From the NCBI GenBank assembly GCA_000004985.1, contig GG738896.1: 64,000 nt of DNA; one strand, written 5' to 3'. Positions 1 through 9,495 of this stretch are shown piece by piece. Under the pieces are notes generated by a model. That model made no database searches. It saw only the letters and a program-made list of their open reading frames with translations, and had not been told where the DNA came from. The DNA comes from Naegleria gruberi. Lineage: Eukaryota. The position numbers were made by a program, and so were the translations under genes. Every line of letters begins with the position of its first letter. Position 1 is the stretch's first letter.

Positions 1-3000
1 GATCCATTAGCATTGATCTTAAGCTCATCTCAAATACTTTCCAAAACAAACCTCAATCATGCTTGGTAAAGTATGAAGATGGTGTTTTGTCCATCGTTCA
101 AACATGCTCTGTTACCTATGAAAGTGGTAGCGTTACCCCCGTAGTACACATAACAACTCCATTAATGTGGTATTATGACATTGTTTTCCCAAGAATAATC
201 TCTTACTCATTCTCATTGGATGGAGGTGCTTTTTACTATACCCATGCAAATTTCAAAATTAAGATGGTGGACGATAGTGAGAATTTCATTATTCGAACTA
301 TTTATGATCAAAATATTGTTACATTTTCCAATGTTCCTTATTCTATTTTATCTGGTGTCTCACTTTCCTTCATCAAAATTGGAACAAATGGTACAAATTT
401 GCAAGAACTTGTTTTTACAAAATCTTGTAAAGCAAGCTATTGTAATCTTGATTATGGGCATATAATATTTGAAAATTTAAGACCATTTGAATACTTTGAA
501 TTTGATCGTATTAGAATCAACAAGGGAGCTTCTAGTAAGATCTTTGCAATTTCAAAGAACCTTCTTATTTTCAATCCTAATAATACTTTATCCTCAATTC
601 CTTCCGTTTCAATTTCACATTCCAAAGTTCAATTAGGAGCTAAAACAAGTGTAACAATAATTCTTCCAGCTAGTTTTAGTAGTGATCTTTCCAAGATTAG
701 CACTGTTACTGTGATTTTCAAAGCTGATGGTTCTACCAGTACCCCTTCAACCATATCCAAAGGTTGGACCTCAAAATATTCCTTCATTATTGAAATGGAT
801 TCTCTACCACCGTGGGATTTGCAAATAGCTGCTATTGCTTTCCAAAATATTAATATTAACGTTATTGCCTCTCCAACAATTACTTTAATCCCTTCATTTG
901 ACTTTTCTATTATTAATCAGTACCAAAAAGCCAAAGCATCTACAAGATCACAAACTAATCTCAGAGTTACATTTAATAGTGCAATTACTACTCAACAAGG
1001 AATAATTCCTTCAATGAAAATTTCTAATTCAAACACTAATTTATTCAAGTCCTACACTACAAATATTCAAATTGATGGAAATACCAGAACAACAAATGCT
1101 GTACAATTTACTGAATTGACAGTGACAGCTCCAGCAGCTTCATCAATTCTTACTGTTGATAAATCCCTGGTTAGATTCCCTACAAAATTTAGTATTGGCT
1201 TTGCATTCCTGGAAAACCAATATGTTATGAAGGAAATCCTTACCTATGATGATTCTATTGCTGATCCTCCAATTATAGTTAGTGTAAATCCACAGGAAGT
1301 TCCTCTAATTGATCAACCAGTTACTTTGGATATCAAAGCTTCTTCAATAGACTCACAGTCAACTCAATGTATCTTTAGGGCTAGCAAGGCATCCAGTGTT
1401 AATAACACAATAATTGTAAATGCCAATTTCATTGATCAGTATTCCATTGGTTGTACATTTGTTCCTTCTCAAATTGTTACCGAATTGGGTATTTCTAGTA
1501 CTTTAGAAATGGACATGACATTGAGATCTAATTTGGATGAAAGCAAAGAAGTTATCAATATTCCAATCTACAGACAACTTAATATTGATTCTTTCACACC
1601 TAAACAAGGTATTACAACAGGTGAATTTGAAACCACATTCATTGGAAGCTTCCCTATTCATCCTAGAGAAGAGTACTTTTTAACTCAGGGAAGAATGAAA
1701 TTCAGAGCCAAGTTCGGTATCAGAGAATCAACTGACTGCTCAAGAATAAGCTCAACAACTGTAAAATGCAAAGGTGTTAGTAACCCTATCTCTGAAGTAG
1801 ATATTTCCCTATCCAGAAATTCTGTTGATTTTGTGAAAGCATCTGAAAAGTTTGTTTATTATGGATGTGGACCTGGATATGAACAATCTAGTTTCAATGA
1901 ACTTTGTAAACCATGTAAGATTGGTTATTCAAAGAACTTTACTGGTGGTCCTTGTGTTGCATGTGATAGAGGTTACTATGCAAGTCAACCAGGTTCTTTA
2001 GAATGCACTAAATGTCCTTCCTTGCAAACTACATTAGATACTGGCTCTACAAGCATTGACTATTGTGGATGTCCTTCACAAACATATTATTATAATATTT
2101 ACAAGAATTCCTGTGTAACATGTCCAAAAGGTGCTGATTGTCCATCATTTAATACTACTTACCCTATTGCCAAGACTGGTTACTGGCATTCAAATGCAAC
2201 TGGTTATAGTCCTTACAATTTCTATGAGTGCATTCCTTCAACTTCTTGTAATGCAGGTTTGTTTGGAAACTGCACCGATGGTTATACTGGTTTCGTTTGT
2301 GGTTTGTGTGAAGATGGTTTTTATAGAAGTTCCAGATCATGTAGTAGATGTTCAAATCTTGCTCCTCTCTATTTGACACTTTTGATAGGTGGTGTAGCTG
2401 TTATTGCATTGATATTCTTCTTCTTTTCATCAATCAAGGTGCATCACATTTCATCATTGAGTATTGCACTCTTCTTCTTCCAAGTGAATAGTATGTGGAC
2501 AAAGTTTGATTTGAACCTTCCAGAAGAAATCTCTGGACTTTTCACTGCAAGTTCTGCAAGTACTTTCAACTTTGATTTTATTCAGTTCCAATGTGTTTTT
2601 CCAATTGGTTTTGTACCTCAATGGATTTTGAAAATGTTAATTCCTGTAATGCTTTTAATCTTATTCGTAGTGTTGTATTTAATGGGCGAATTGAGAAATA
2701 TTATTGCCAAGTTTGCTGGACCTAAAATTCCATGGAAGAAGTGGGATATTACCGATTTGTACAATGAGTTTATCAAGAGACAAGAAATTGAATCAGATCC
2801 AAAGCTCACTAAGATGCAAAAGTTAAAACATTCTCTCACTGGTATAATGTTCTCAGCTAGAACTGCAATCTACAAATCCCAACACAAAATTATTTGGACT
2901 CTCACCACCTATTTACCAAGAAGTGAGATGAAGAAGTTTTTGAATAATTGTATTCACTCATTCATTACTTTCCTTTCATTGGCCTACATGTATATTATTC

Positions 3001-4013
3001 AAACAAGTGCTGATATTTTCTTGTGTAAGGATCAAGCGGATGGTTCAAAGAACTTGGAACAAGCTCCACACATTACTTGTTTTGAAGGTACATGGTGGGT
3101 AATGTTCCCATTCTCAGTAATTTACTTTATCTTGTTTGGATTGGGAGCAGCTGCATTCTTCCTCTACTCTGCTATCAGATATAGAAAAGTCAAACTTACA
3201 GAAGAACATGCTTTCATTCAGAGATTCAAATTCCTATTTGTCAAATTCAAGCCAAGATATTTCTATTATGAAAGTGTTATTACCATTAGAAAGTTGGTCT
3301 TTTCAGTTCTCTACGTCTTTTTAGCTCCACTTCAAGTAATTGCTTTAGGATTTGTTTTGATTTTCCTTTCATTTGTCATTCACTTACAATTAGTTCCATA
3401 TTCAAAGAAGATGCACAACCTCATTGAATATGTAACCCTAGTTGCCACCCTCCTGACATTATTTACTGGTTTAATTTTCTTCTACGATGTTGAATCCTTG
3501 GTCGGTTTATTGTGGATTAGAACTCTTGCGCTTGTATTGACAATAATCATTTTCGTTCTCACTGCAGCTGTTCTCGTATTGGCTGTCTTGTGGGATATCA
3601 GAACTAGAAAGAGAAAAGAAGCCAAAAAGATTAAGGAAAAATTGGAAGAAATTAAAAATTCCATCAGTAATGGAACTACAGACAAGTCTGATGATAAGGT
3701 GAAGGAAACAATTGTCTTTGGTTTGGACATTGATGAATTTGATGATGATCCAGCTGGAGATAGCTCTCTCAATAGCAAACATGAAACCATTAATGATGTC
3801 TTCTCCAATCTATTCTCCCTCGAAAGAAGAAAGAAGAAAACAGACAAGATTAAACAAAAGGGAGCCAAGATCAAGTCAAAGATTACCAACAAGACCAAAT
3901 CAACATCAGAAAAGACAAATGGTGATGATAGTTTCGATTATTCTGATCAAACTCTATCCACCAACACTACCTCTGGTGACACTAAACAAACTTCCTCACA
4001 ACTTTTCCAATAA
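1..4013 (+). CDS. Large cysteine-rich-repeat multi-pass membrane protein (furin-like/TNFR-like Cys repeats, then 7-8 TM helices, then a K/E/D-rich tail); 5' partial
   Basis: The reading frame of ORF 63..4013 stays open back to base 1 and has no signal peptide, so the gene most likely starts upstream of the window or has a 5' intron. A Cys-rich block (CKPCKIGYSKNF..CVACDRGYYASQPGSLECTKCP..CGCPSQTYYY..CVTCPKGADCP) is followed by about 8 hydrophobic helices (LAPLYLTLLIGGVAVIALIFFFF ... LVLTIIIFVLTAAVLVLAVLW) and a charged tail (KRKEAKKIKEKLEEIK). Confidence 0.55.
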   Translation, partial: SISIDLKLISNTFQNKPQSCLVKYEDGVLSIVQTCSVTYESGSVTPVVHITTPLMWYYDIVFPRIISYSFSLDGGAFYYTHANFKIKMVDDSENFIIRTIYDQNIVTFSNVPYSILSGVSLSFIKIGTNGTNLQELVFTKSCKASYCNLDYGHIIFENLRPFEYFEFDRIRINKGASSKIFAISKNLLIFNPNNTLSSIPSVSISHSKVQLGAKTSVTIILPASFSSDLSKISTVTVIFKADGSTSTPSTISKGWTSKYSFIIEMDSLPPWDLQIAAIAFQNININVIASPTITLIPSFDFSIINQYQKAKASTRSQTNLRVTFNSAITTQQGIIPSMKISNSNTNLFKSYTTNIQIDGNTRTTNAVQFTELTVTAPAASSILTVDKSLVRFPTKFSIGFAFLENQYVMKEILTYDDSIADPPIIVSVNPQEVPLIDQPVTLDIKASSIDSQSTQCIFRASKASSVNNTIIVNANFIDQYSIGCTFVPSQIVTELGISSTLEMDMTLRSNLDESKEVINIPIYRQLNIDSFTPKQGITTGEFETTFIGSFPIHPREEYFLTQGRMKFRAKFGIRESTDCSRISSTTVKCKGVSNPISEVDISLSRNSVDFVKASEKFVYYGCGPGYEQSSFNELCKPCKIGYSKNFTGGPCVACDRGYYASQPGSLECTKCPSLQTTLDTGSTSIDYCGCPSQTYYYNIYKNSCVTCPKGADCPSFNTTYPIAKTGYWHSNATGYSPYNFYECIPSTSCNAGLFGNCTDGYTGFVCGLCEDGFYRSSRSCSRCSNLAPLYLTLLIGGVAVIALIFFFFSSIKVHHISSLSIALFFFQVNSMWTKFDLNLPEEISGLFTASSASTFNFDFIQFQCVFPIGFVPQWILKMLIPVMLLILFVVLYLMGELRNIIAKFAGPKIPWKKWDITDLYNEFIKRQEIESDPKLTKMQKLKHSLTGIMFSARTAIYKSQHKIIWTLTTYLPRSEMKKFLNNCIHSFITFLSLAYMYIIQTSADIFLCKDQADGSKNLEQAPHITCFEGTWWVMFPFSVIYFILFGLGAAAFFLYSAIRYRKVKLTEEHAFIQRFKFLFVKFKPRYFYYESVITIRKLVFSVLYVFLAPLQVIALGFVLIFLSFVIHLQLVPYSKKMHNLIEYVTLVATLLTLFTGLIFFYDVESLVGLLWIRTLALVLTIIIFVLTAAVLVLAVLWDIRTRKRKEAKKIKEKLEEIKNSISNGTTDKSDDKVKETIVFGLDIDEFDDDPAGDSSLNSKHETINDVFSNLFSLERRKKKTDKIKQKGAKIKSKITNKTKSTSEKTNGDDSFDYSDQTLSTNTTSGDTKQTSSQLFQ

Positions 4014-4091
4014 ATTTAATTTCTTTCTCATCAAACTCTTTTAAATCTTTTTGTAAAGTTCAAATTTAGAGAGATACAGAATTGGAGACCT

Positions 4092-5693
4092 ATGAACTTT
4101 GAAAAAAAAATGTTTGACTTGTTTCGCTCCAAAAAGAAGGATGAACATGAAGAGAAATCCCTCTCCTTTCTCGTAATACCACATGGCAAGATTCATAATG
4201 ACTCATTCAAAATGTTGCCTATTGATATTGTGCTGGAAATTTTGGATTATATTTGTGGGGACGAGCAATTGATGATGAGCTTGACGAATTGTCATGATCA
4301 GGCGTTGAATAAGCAGATTCCTAGGGAGACTCCATTCAGAGAGAGGAAATGGACGCCTCCTGCATGGGATGTCAATTCCGATTTTAATGAATTAAAATTT
4401 GATGAGAAAAAGTTTTTCAAACAATACTTTGGAAAGTTCCCGAATAGAGATTCTAGTTGTCCAAGGCTGCTATTTAGAAAATTAGATTTGGGAGTGGATA
4501 GGTATTCTCCAAAAGAATTGTGTAGACTAATTCAAATTGTAAATTATGGAAATAAGCCAATTGTGATTGAGAAAACTTTAGCTCGTCAAATATTGCAGTG
4601 TATAAGAAGATTTGGACAAGTAAACGAGGATAAAGAAAAGGATATTGAAAAGAAAATGTTTAAATATTTGAGATATGTATTAAGGAATGGTCTGTGTGAG
4701 AGAGTTATTGGATTGGATATTGCTGGTATTGAAACATTTCCTTCTTTAATTAATGAGTTAGTACTAATGTGTCCGAATATAGAACATGTTAATCTTGGTT
4801 CGTATAACCAGAAGGAAAATTACCATGCAAAGCAAATTCTGATGAAAGATGTCAATGAGTCCATGATGATCTTGAAATTGTTAAAATCCTTTAGATGGAC
4901 TGGACATCATTTTGGTGAAGGTTTTATTGATGAGTTATCGAAACATACACCTCTATTGGAGAAGCTGGTTTTAAAATGTGAAACATCTGTTATATGTTGT
5001 CACGAAGCCATCCTAAATTGGAAGAATCTCAAACTAATTGTTTCAAAAATTAGTCCACATATTTATTCAAGAAATAATGGAACAGCAGAAGATCTATACA
5101 AGTTTTTCAAGAATATAAGTCAATTAGACAAGTTGGAAAAACTTGTTTTGAATGAAAACAATATTAAGGAAGGAAATATTCAATCATTACCTCATTCTCT
5201 GACATGTTTAGATTTGAGTAATACCCAGATTCCAGACAACTTTCTTCAAATTGTCGCATCCTTGCCCCAATTAAAGTCTCTGGGATTGAACTGTTATTAT
5301 GGAGGAAGGGATTCTTTGAAGCATCTCGTTGGATTGAAACACACTCTCGAAGAATTACACATAACCCAAAGTAGTAGTTGTGGAGATGAAGGTGTGATGT
5401 ATATTTCGCAAATCGAATCTCTAAAGAGACTATTTCTAATGAACCTAAGCCAAGATCAAATCAATGACACTGGAGGTTATGAGCTAGCCAAATTGAAAAA
5501 TTTGGAAATTGTTGGTCTTGAATATTGTTACATTTCACACAAAACAGTTAACAGTATTGCAGCAAGTTGTCCTAACATTAAGAAAATCCACATTGATGGA
5601 TGCCACAACATTAAGAAACACAAATTATCAAAGCAAGCCTTCTCTTTAATAGATGATGCATCTTATGCTGTTAGAATTTCAGAAGATCTATAA
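4092..5693 (+). CDS. F-box-like / leucine-rich repeat (RNI-type) protein
   Basis: True ATG at 4092. N-terminal F-box-like LPIDIVLEILDYI. C-terminal LRR_RI repeats (LDLSNTQIPDNFLQIVASLPQLKSLGL.., NLEIVGLEYCYISHKTVNSIAASCPNIKKIHIDGC). Confidence 0.7.
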   Translation: MNFEKKMFDLFRSKKKDEHEEKSLSFLVIPHGKIHNDSFKMLPIDIVLEILDYICGDEQLMMSLTNCHDQALNKQIPRETPFRERKWTPPAWDVNSDFNELKFDEKKFFKQYFGKFPNRDSSCPRLLFRKLDLGVDRYSPKELCRLIQIVNYGNKPIVIEKTLARQILQCIRRFGQVNEDKEKDIEKKMFKYLRYVLRNGLCERVIGLDIAGIETFPSLINELVLMCPNIEHVNLGSYNQKENYHAKQILMKDVNESMMILKLLKSFRWTGHHFGEGFIDELSKHTPLLEKLVLKCETSVICCHEAILNWKNLKLIVSKISPHIYSRNNGTAEDLYKFFKNISQLDKLEKLVLNENNIKEGNIQSLPHSLTCLDLSNTQIPDNFLQIVASLPQLKSLGLNCYYGGRDSLKHLVGLKHTLEELHITQSSSCGDEGVMYISQIESLKRLFLMNLSQDQINDTGGYELAKLKNLEIVGLEYCYISHKTVNSIAASCPNIKKIHIDGCHNIKKHKLSKQAFSLIDDASYAVRISEDL

Positions 5694-5784
5694 AATTAAA
5701 CATTGAGAAGACTAACACCTTATTTAATGGATTAAATTACAAGTTTATATACAGTTAGATTTACATGGTTTTCAATTCAGTAAT

Positions 5785-7044
5785 TTAGTGAATCAAATCA
5801 ACAATGACTCTTTGAAGATCACCATTATACTTATTCAACAAAATTAAATTGGAAACTTCATCAACAAATCCCATGTCTCTCAACAATGCGAGCTCAGTTT
5901 GGTAAAGTGTTGGTTGTGGTTGAACAATTGGTTCTTGGACTACAACAACTGGTTCTTCAACAATTGGTTGTTGAATTGGGTTCAATGGATGAGGAACTTG
6001 GTAAACATTCACTGGTTCAGGAACAATAACAGGTTCTTCTACAACAACAGGTTCTTCGACAGGTTCTTCAACAACAACTGGTTGTTCTTCATATAATTGG
6101 TTATCAATAACAGTTTCTTCTTCCTTCTTTTCAGCACCAAAGATATTTCTCAAGAAACAAGCTGATCTAGGTTGTTGTTCAGTGAATGAGTGAGAACCAC
6201 CAAAGTGAGCATTTCTAACAGTTTCAGATGCAAAACAATCTTCACAAAAGTCAAAATCATCACAGTCATCACACTTGAATCTCTTTCCAACAAAAGCATA
6301 CTTTCCACAACCATCACAAGTGACACCAAAGTGTGGGACTTGAACCTTGTCAATATTTTCTCTGACAAAATCATTAACGTTCAATCCATTCTTCAATTGT
6401 TCAACATCAATATCAACTTCAAGAACATTATCACCGTCCATAGTCTTTTTGAACATGAATGGACAATGTGGATGATTTTCTGGAAGAGGATGGTGTCTTG
6501 GTCTTCTAAATGGACAACCACCTTGTCTTCTACCTTTCCAATATGGACATTCACGTTTTTCTTCTTCTGGTTGCCTTGGTTTTTCTTCTTCCTTCTTCAA
6601 CAAGATGACAGCAATTCTAAAAACTGATCTAATAGCACTTGTTCTACTTTCTCTACAAAGTTGAATACCATAAGCAAGTTCTTCATCACTAGAAATATCA
6701 ACCCAGTGATTTTCATCGTCTTGATAACGAATTAAAGCATTTTCGAGAGTTAAACCACACTTTTCAGTCAAATATCTAGTCAAGTCAGCATAATTTGTCA
6801 ATACTCTTTCACCTCTACGAATAGAAGTTGGCTTTAAAGTTTCCAAAGCAGAGAGATCTTCCTTCTTGGTTTCAAACACTAAAACCTTAACGTGAATAGG
6901 CTTTGGTTGTTGTTGTGCTGGTTGGAAAATATTGTGGAGGTTTGGAAGTTGTTGTTGATGTTGTGGCATTGGTACTTGTTGGCCGTTAGTATTATTGTTA
7001 GCAAGGATTGGATGGTAGATTAAATGTGATGATGGAAAGGACAT
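5785..7044 (-). CDS. p62/SQSTM1-NBR1-like autophagy receptor (PB1 - ZZ zinc finger - UBA)
   Basis: PB1 with OPCA motif (RYQDDENHWVDISSDEELAYGIQ). ZZ finger (CDGCGKYAFVGKRFKCDDCDDFDFCEDCF). C-terminal UBA (LALLRDMGFVDEVSNLILLNKYNGDLQRVIVDLI). Single exon with an A-rich context at the ATG. Confidence 0.8.
   Translation of the reverse strand: MSFPSSHLIYHPILANNNTNGQQVPMPQHQQQLPNLHNIFQPAQQQPKPIHVKVLVFETKKEDLSALETLKPTSIRRGERVLTNYADLTRYLTEKCGLTLENALIRYQDDENHWVDISSDEELAYGIQLCRESRTSAIRSVFRIAVILLKKEEEKPRQPEEEKRECPYWKGRRQGGCPFRRPRHHPLPENHPHCPFMFKKTMDGDNVLEVDIDVEQLKNGLNVNDFVRENIDKVQVPHFGVTCDGCGKYAFVGKRFKCDDCDDFDFCEDCFASETVRNAHFGGSHSFTEQQPRSACFLRNIFGAEKKEEETVIDNQLYEEQPVVVEEPVEEPVVVEEPVIVPEPVNVYQVPHPLNPIQQPIVEEPVVVVQEPIVQPQPTLYQTELALLRDMGFVDEVSNLILLNKYNGDLQRVIVDLIH
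5990..6100 (-). repeat. Imperfect 15-18 nt tandem repeats inside the p62-like CDS, encoding (EEPVVV)n
   Basis: Protein segment EEPVVVEEPVEEPVVVEEPVIVPEPV. On the plus strand it appears as repeated ggttcttc(a/g)acaacaac units. It also creates the antisense shadow ORF 5899..6096. Confidence 0.5.
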
Positions 7045-7292
7045 ATTTTTTCTTTGATGGCAATAGAAGTTCTAACTTGTTGGTTATTTATAGTTTTTTA
7101 AGAGGTTTCTCAGTGGTAACGTGAAGAAGGAATTGAAAATACAAATAACCTTGCAAAACTTCCGAAAACATGTTTCAATGTAATTACAATGTAGTTCATC
7201 CTGGTTACAGAGTTTGCTTGAATGTTGTACAACAAGGAATATTGATCTATTAATGTATTTTCATAAATATAAATAAGATTAAGAGAGTAATA

Positions 7293-9309
7293 TTACTTGG
7301 CTGATCTTTTAAGTTCTTCCTCTTCAATTTCTTTGAGCCATTGATTCATATGCTTTCTATTTCTCAAAAACCAGAAGGTGTACGATAGAGCAGCAATACC
7401 AACACAACATAAACTTCCACAAGCTAGGAAAACAAATCTGGATGGTGTAGAGAAGAAGAGAGCAGAGAAAAAGACAATAAGGTCAGCAATTTTGGTTAAG
7501 GAACCTTCTGTTGAGTTGACAATACCAGAATCTTTCTGATCTACCAATTGTTGCATAATTTGAATTTCCGCAAGGTCAAAGGCATATAAACCCAATCTAC
7601 TCATGATAATTCCAATAAGGAAGAAGTAAACAGCAAAGTAGAATTGCTCAGACCAGAAATTGAAAACAATAAAGCACAAAACTCCTGCCACTAGAGAGAA
7701 GAATTGGAAGTAAAGGGAAACAAGTCCTCCTCTAAAAACGTTAATTCTCATAATCAAGTAAGGTGCTATAAAGGTTGACAAGAGACCAGAGATGGCACTC
7801 AATGCTTGGAAAGTTCCCAAAACAGCAGAGTGAATTTTGTGACTCTTAAGGTAAGAAAGGAGCAATCCACTATGAGTAAGTACAGTAATAAATAAAAAGA
7901 CAAATGCCAAACTTGAGAGAAATACTTTTTGGGTGAGATATGATTTCCATCCCATAAACAGAATCTAATCAAAATGGAAGTAGATTATTATTGTAAAGTT
8001 ATTAATTCTAGTACGTACCTTGAAAACGTTTTGATGTTTCAAATTAACTGTTTCCTCCTTTTGTTCCAAATCAATTTGTTGCATTCCCTCATTGGCTGCC
8101 AATAATTCTCTTTCACGCTCTTCTTTGATTTTCAATTCTTGCTCCAATTTTGTAATGTGAAGTTCTTTCGTATTATTGTAAACATAGCGAATGCAAATAT
8201 ACTCTGGAACAAGAGAAAACACATTCCATAAACAAACTACAATGGCTCCAATCTTGTATCCTGCAAAAGTAAGAATGAGACCAAATAAAACAGGTGATAC
8301 AATGAGTGAAACCATGTCGAGACGTCTCATCATTGAGTTGATTCTTTCTAATGGAAGTTTTTCGCCTCTGGCAACCACCAAGCACCAATCTTTAGTTCTG
8401 GCCACACTTGTAACCATAGAGGATAAGTCACTTAAAGAACCAATAAGAGCACATGAAAAGAAAAGTACCATTGAAAGAACTGTTTCGAATGGCCAAATAA
8501 ATAGAGCATCTGTTTCAGTTTGAGGTTTTGAATCCTCAGATCTCCATCCAAAATATCCAAGTAAGAAAATTAAAAGAGTAGTTAATGCTACAGAGGCATT
8601 TTGTACAATAAGAGCAATTGACATGACCTTAAATCTTGGCATTGTATCAACCATGTAACCCATATGTGGCCCAAGTATTATTCCAATAAGTTTTTGTATA
8701 AATCCCATAAGTGCCATAGGTAATAATGTTTCTGGGAACATGTCACCAAATATTACAGGTAAAGCAAAAGCCCACATTCTATCACCCTTTCGTATTATTT
8801 CACAATTAATAAAATTAATTTCACACTCTTTCACTTACCCAAGATGCCAAAAAGTGACTTGCATAAAAGACATTTAACTTTCTAGATTTAAATTGAAATT
8901 CATCCTTGAAATACTTTTTAATTTTCTCAATGGTTGATTTCGGAGCAGCATCTTGTTCTGCACTCTTTTCAAATTCCAACATTTCATCGAGTTGAGTTTT
9001 TTCCTGTCCATGAACAATGATTTCATCCTCTGTATGTTCTTCCTCTATATCATCATGTAGAGAGAACATTTGAACGTTTTGTGGTTCGTAACTAATTGTC
9101 TCCTCCGTAGGAACAACAGTAACTTGTCGATTGACATCTGTTGTTTGCTGTTCAGCGATTTGATGATCATCAGCATTAACAAAATCAACAACAGCTACTC
9201 GTGGTTCATTATCAATCACCTGTGGATTATCATTCATACTCGAGTAGTCACCATCATCCTCCAAAGCAAAATGTTGCCTTAAGTTTGCTGGCTCTTCTTC
9301 GTTAAACAT
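7293..9309 (-). CDS. Ferroportin (SLC40A1) family iron exporter; 3 exons (about 9309..8839, 8786..8037, 7958..7293)
   Basis: Matches ferroportin N-terminal signatures (ASHFLASW|GDRMWAFALPVIFG.. RFKVMSIALIVQNASVAL) and has multiple TM helices. Donors read gtaagt and gtacgt. Acceptors are ..cgaaag|GGT and ..gattag|ATT. The ATG is set at about 9309 in an AAAAAAATG context. The ORF track splits the gene across 8821..9435, 7965..8834 and 7293..7955. There is an acidic N-terminal extension of about 150 aa. Confidence 0.7.
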
Positions 9310-9495
9310 TTTTTTCTTCCTTTTAATATTACTAAGCCCCTTCCAAAATACCAGAATATCAGAGCTATAATGTTGCACAAAAGGAATATTCAATACCGTA
9401 TTATTTCTAGGTGAATGATAGTAACAATATATCAATTTCTAATCAAAATTAAATTGAAGAATTGGCATCGAGAAGTAAAACAAGCCTTTAAAAAA

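Noticed and set aside
5899-6627. ORFs 5899..6096+ and 6190..6627+ opposite the p62-like gene
   Set aside because: They are antisense shadows of the (EEPVVV)n repeat and the ZZ-finger region. Their N/W/F-rich nonsense translations have no start context.
7965-8834. N-terminus MKECEINFINCEIIRKGDR of ORF 7965..8834 as a protein start
   Set aside because: The frame is entered through an acceptor (..cgaaag|GGTGATAGAATGTGG). The upstream residues are intron read-through, and the true start is in the 8821..9435 ORF.
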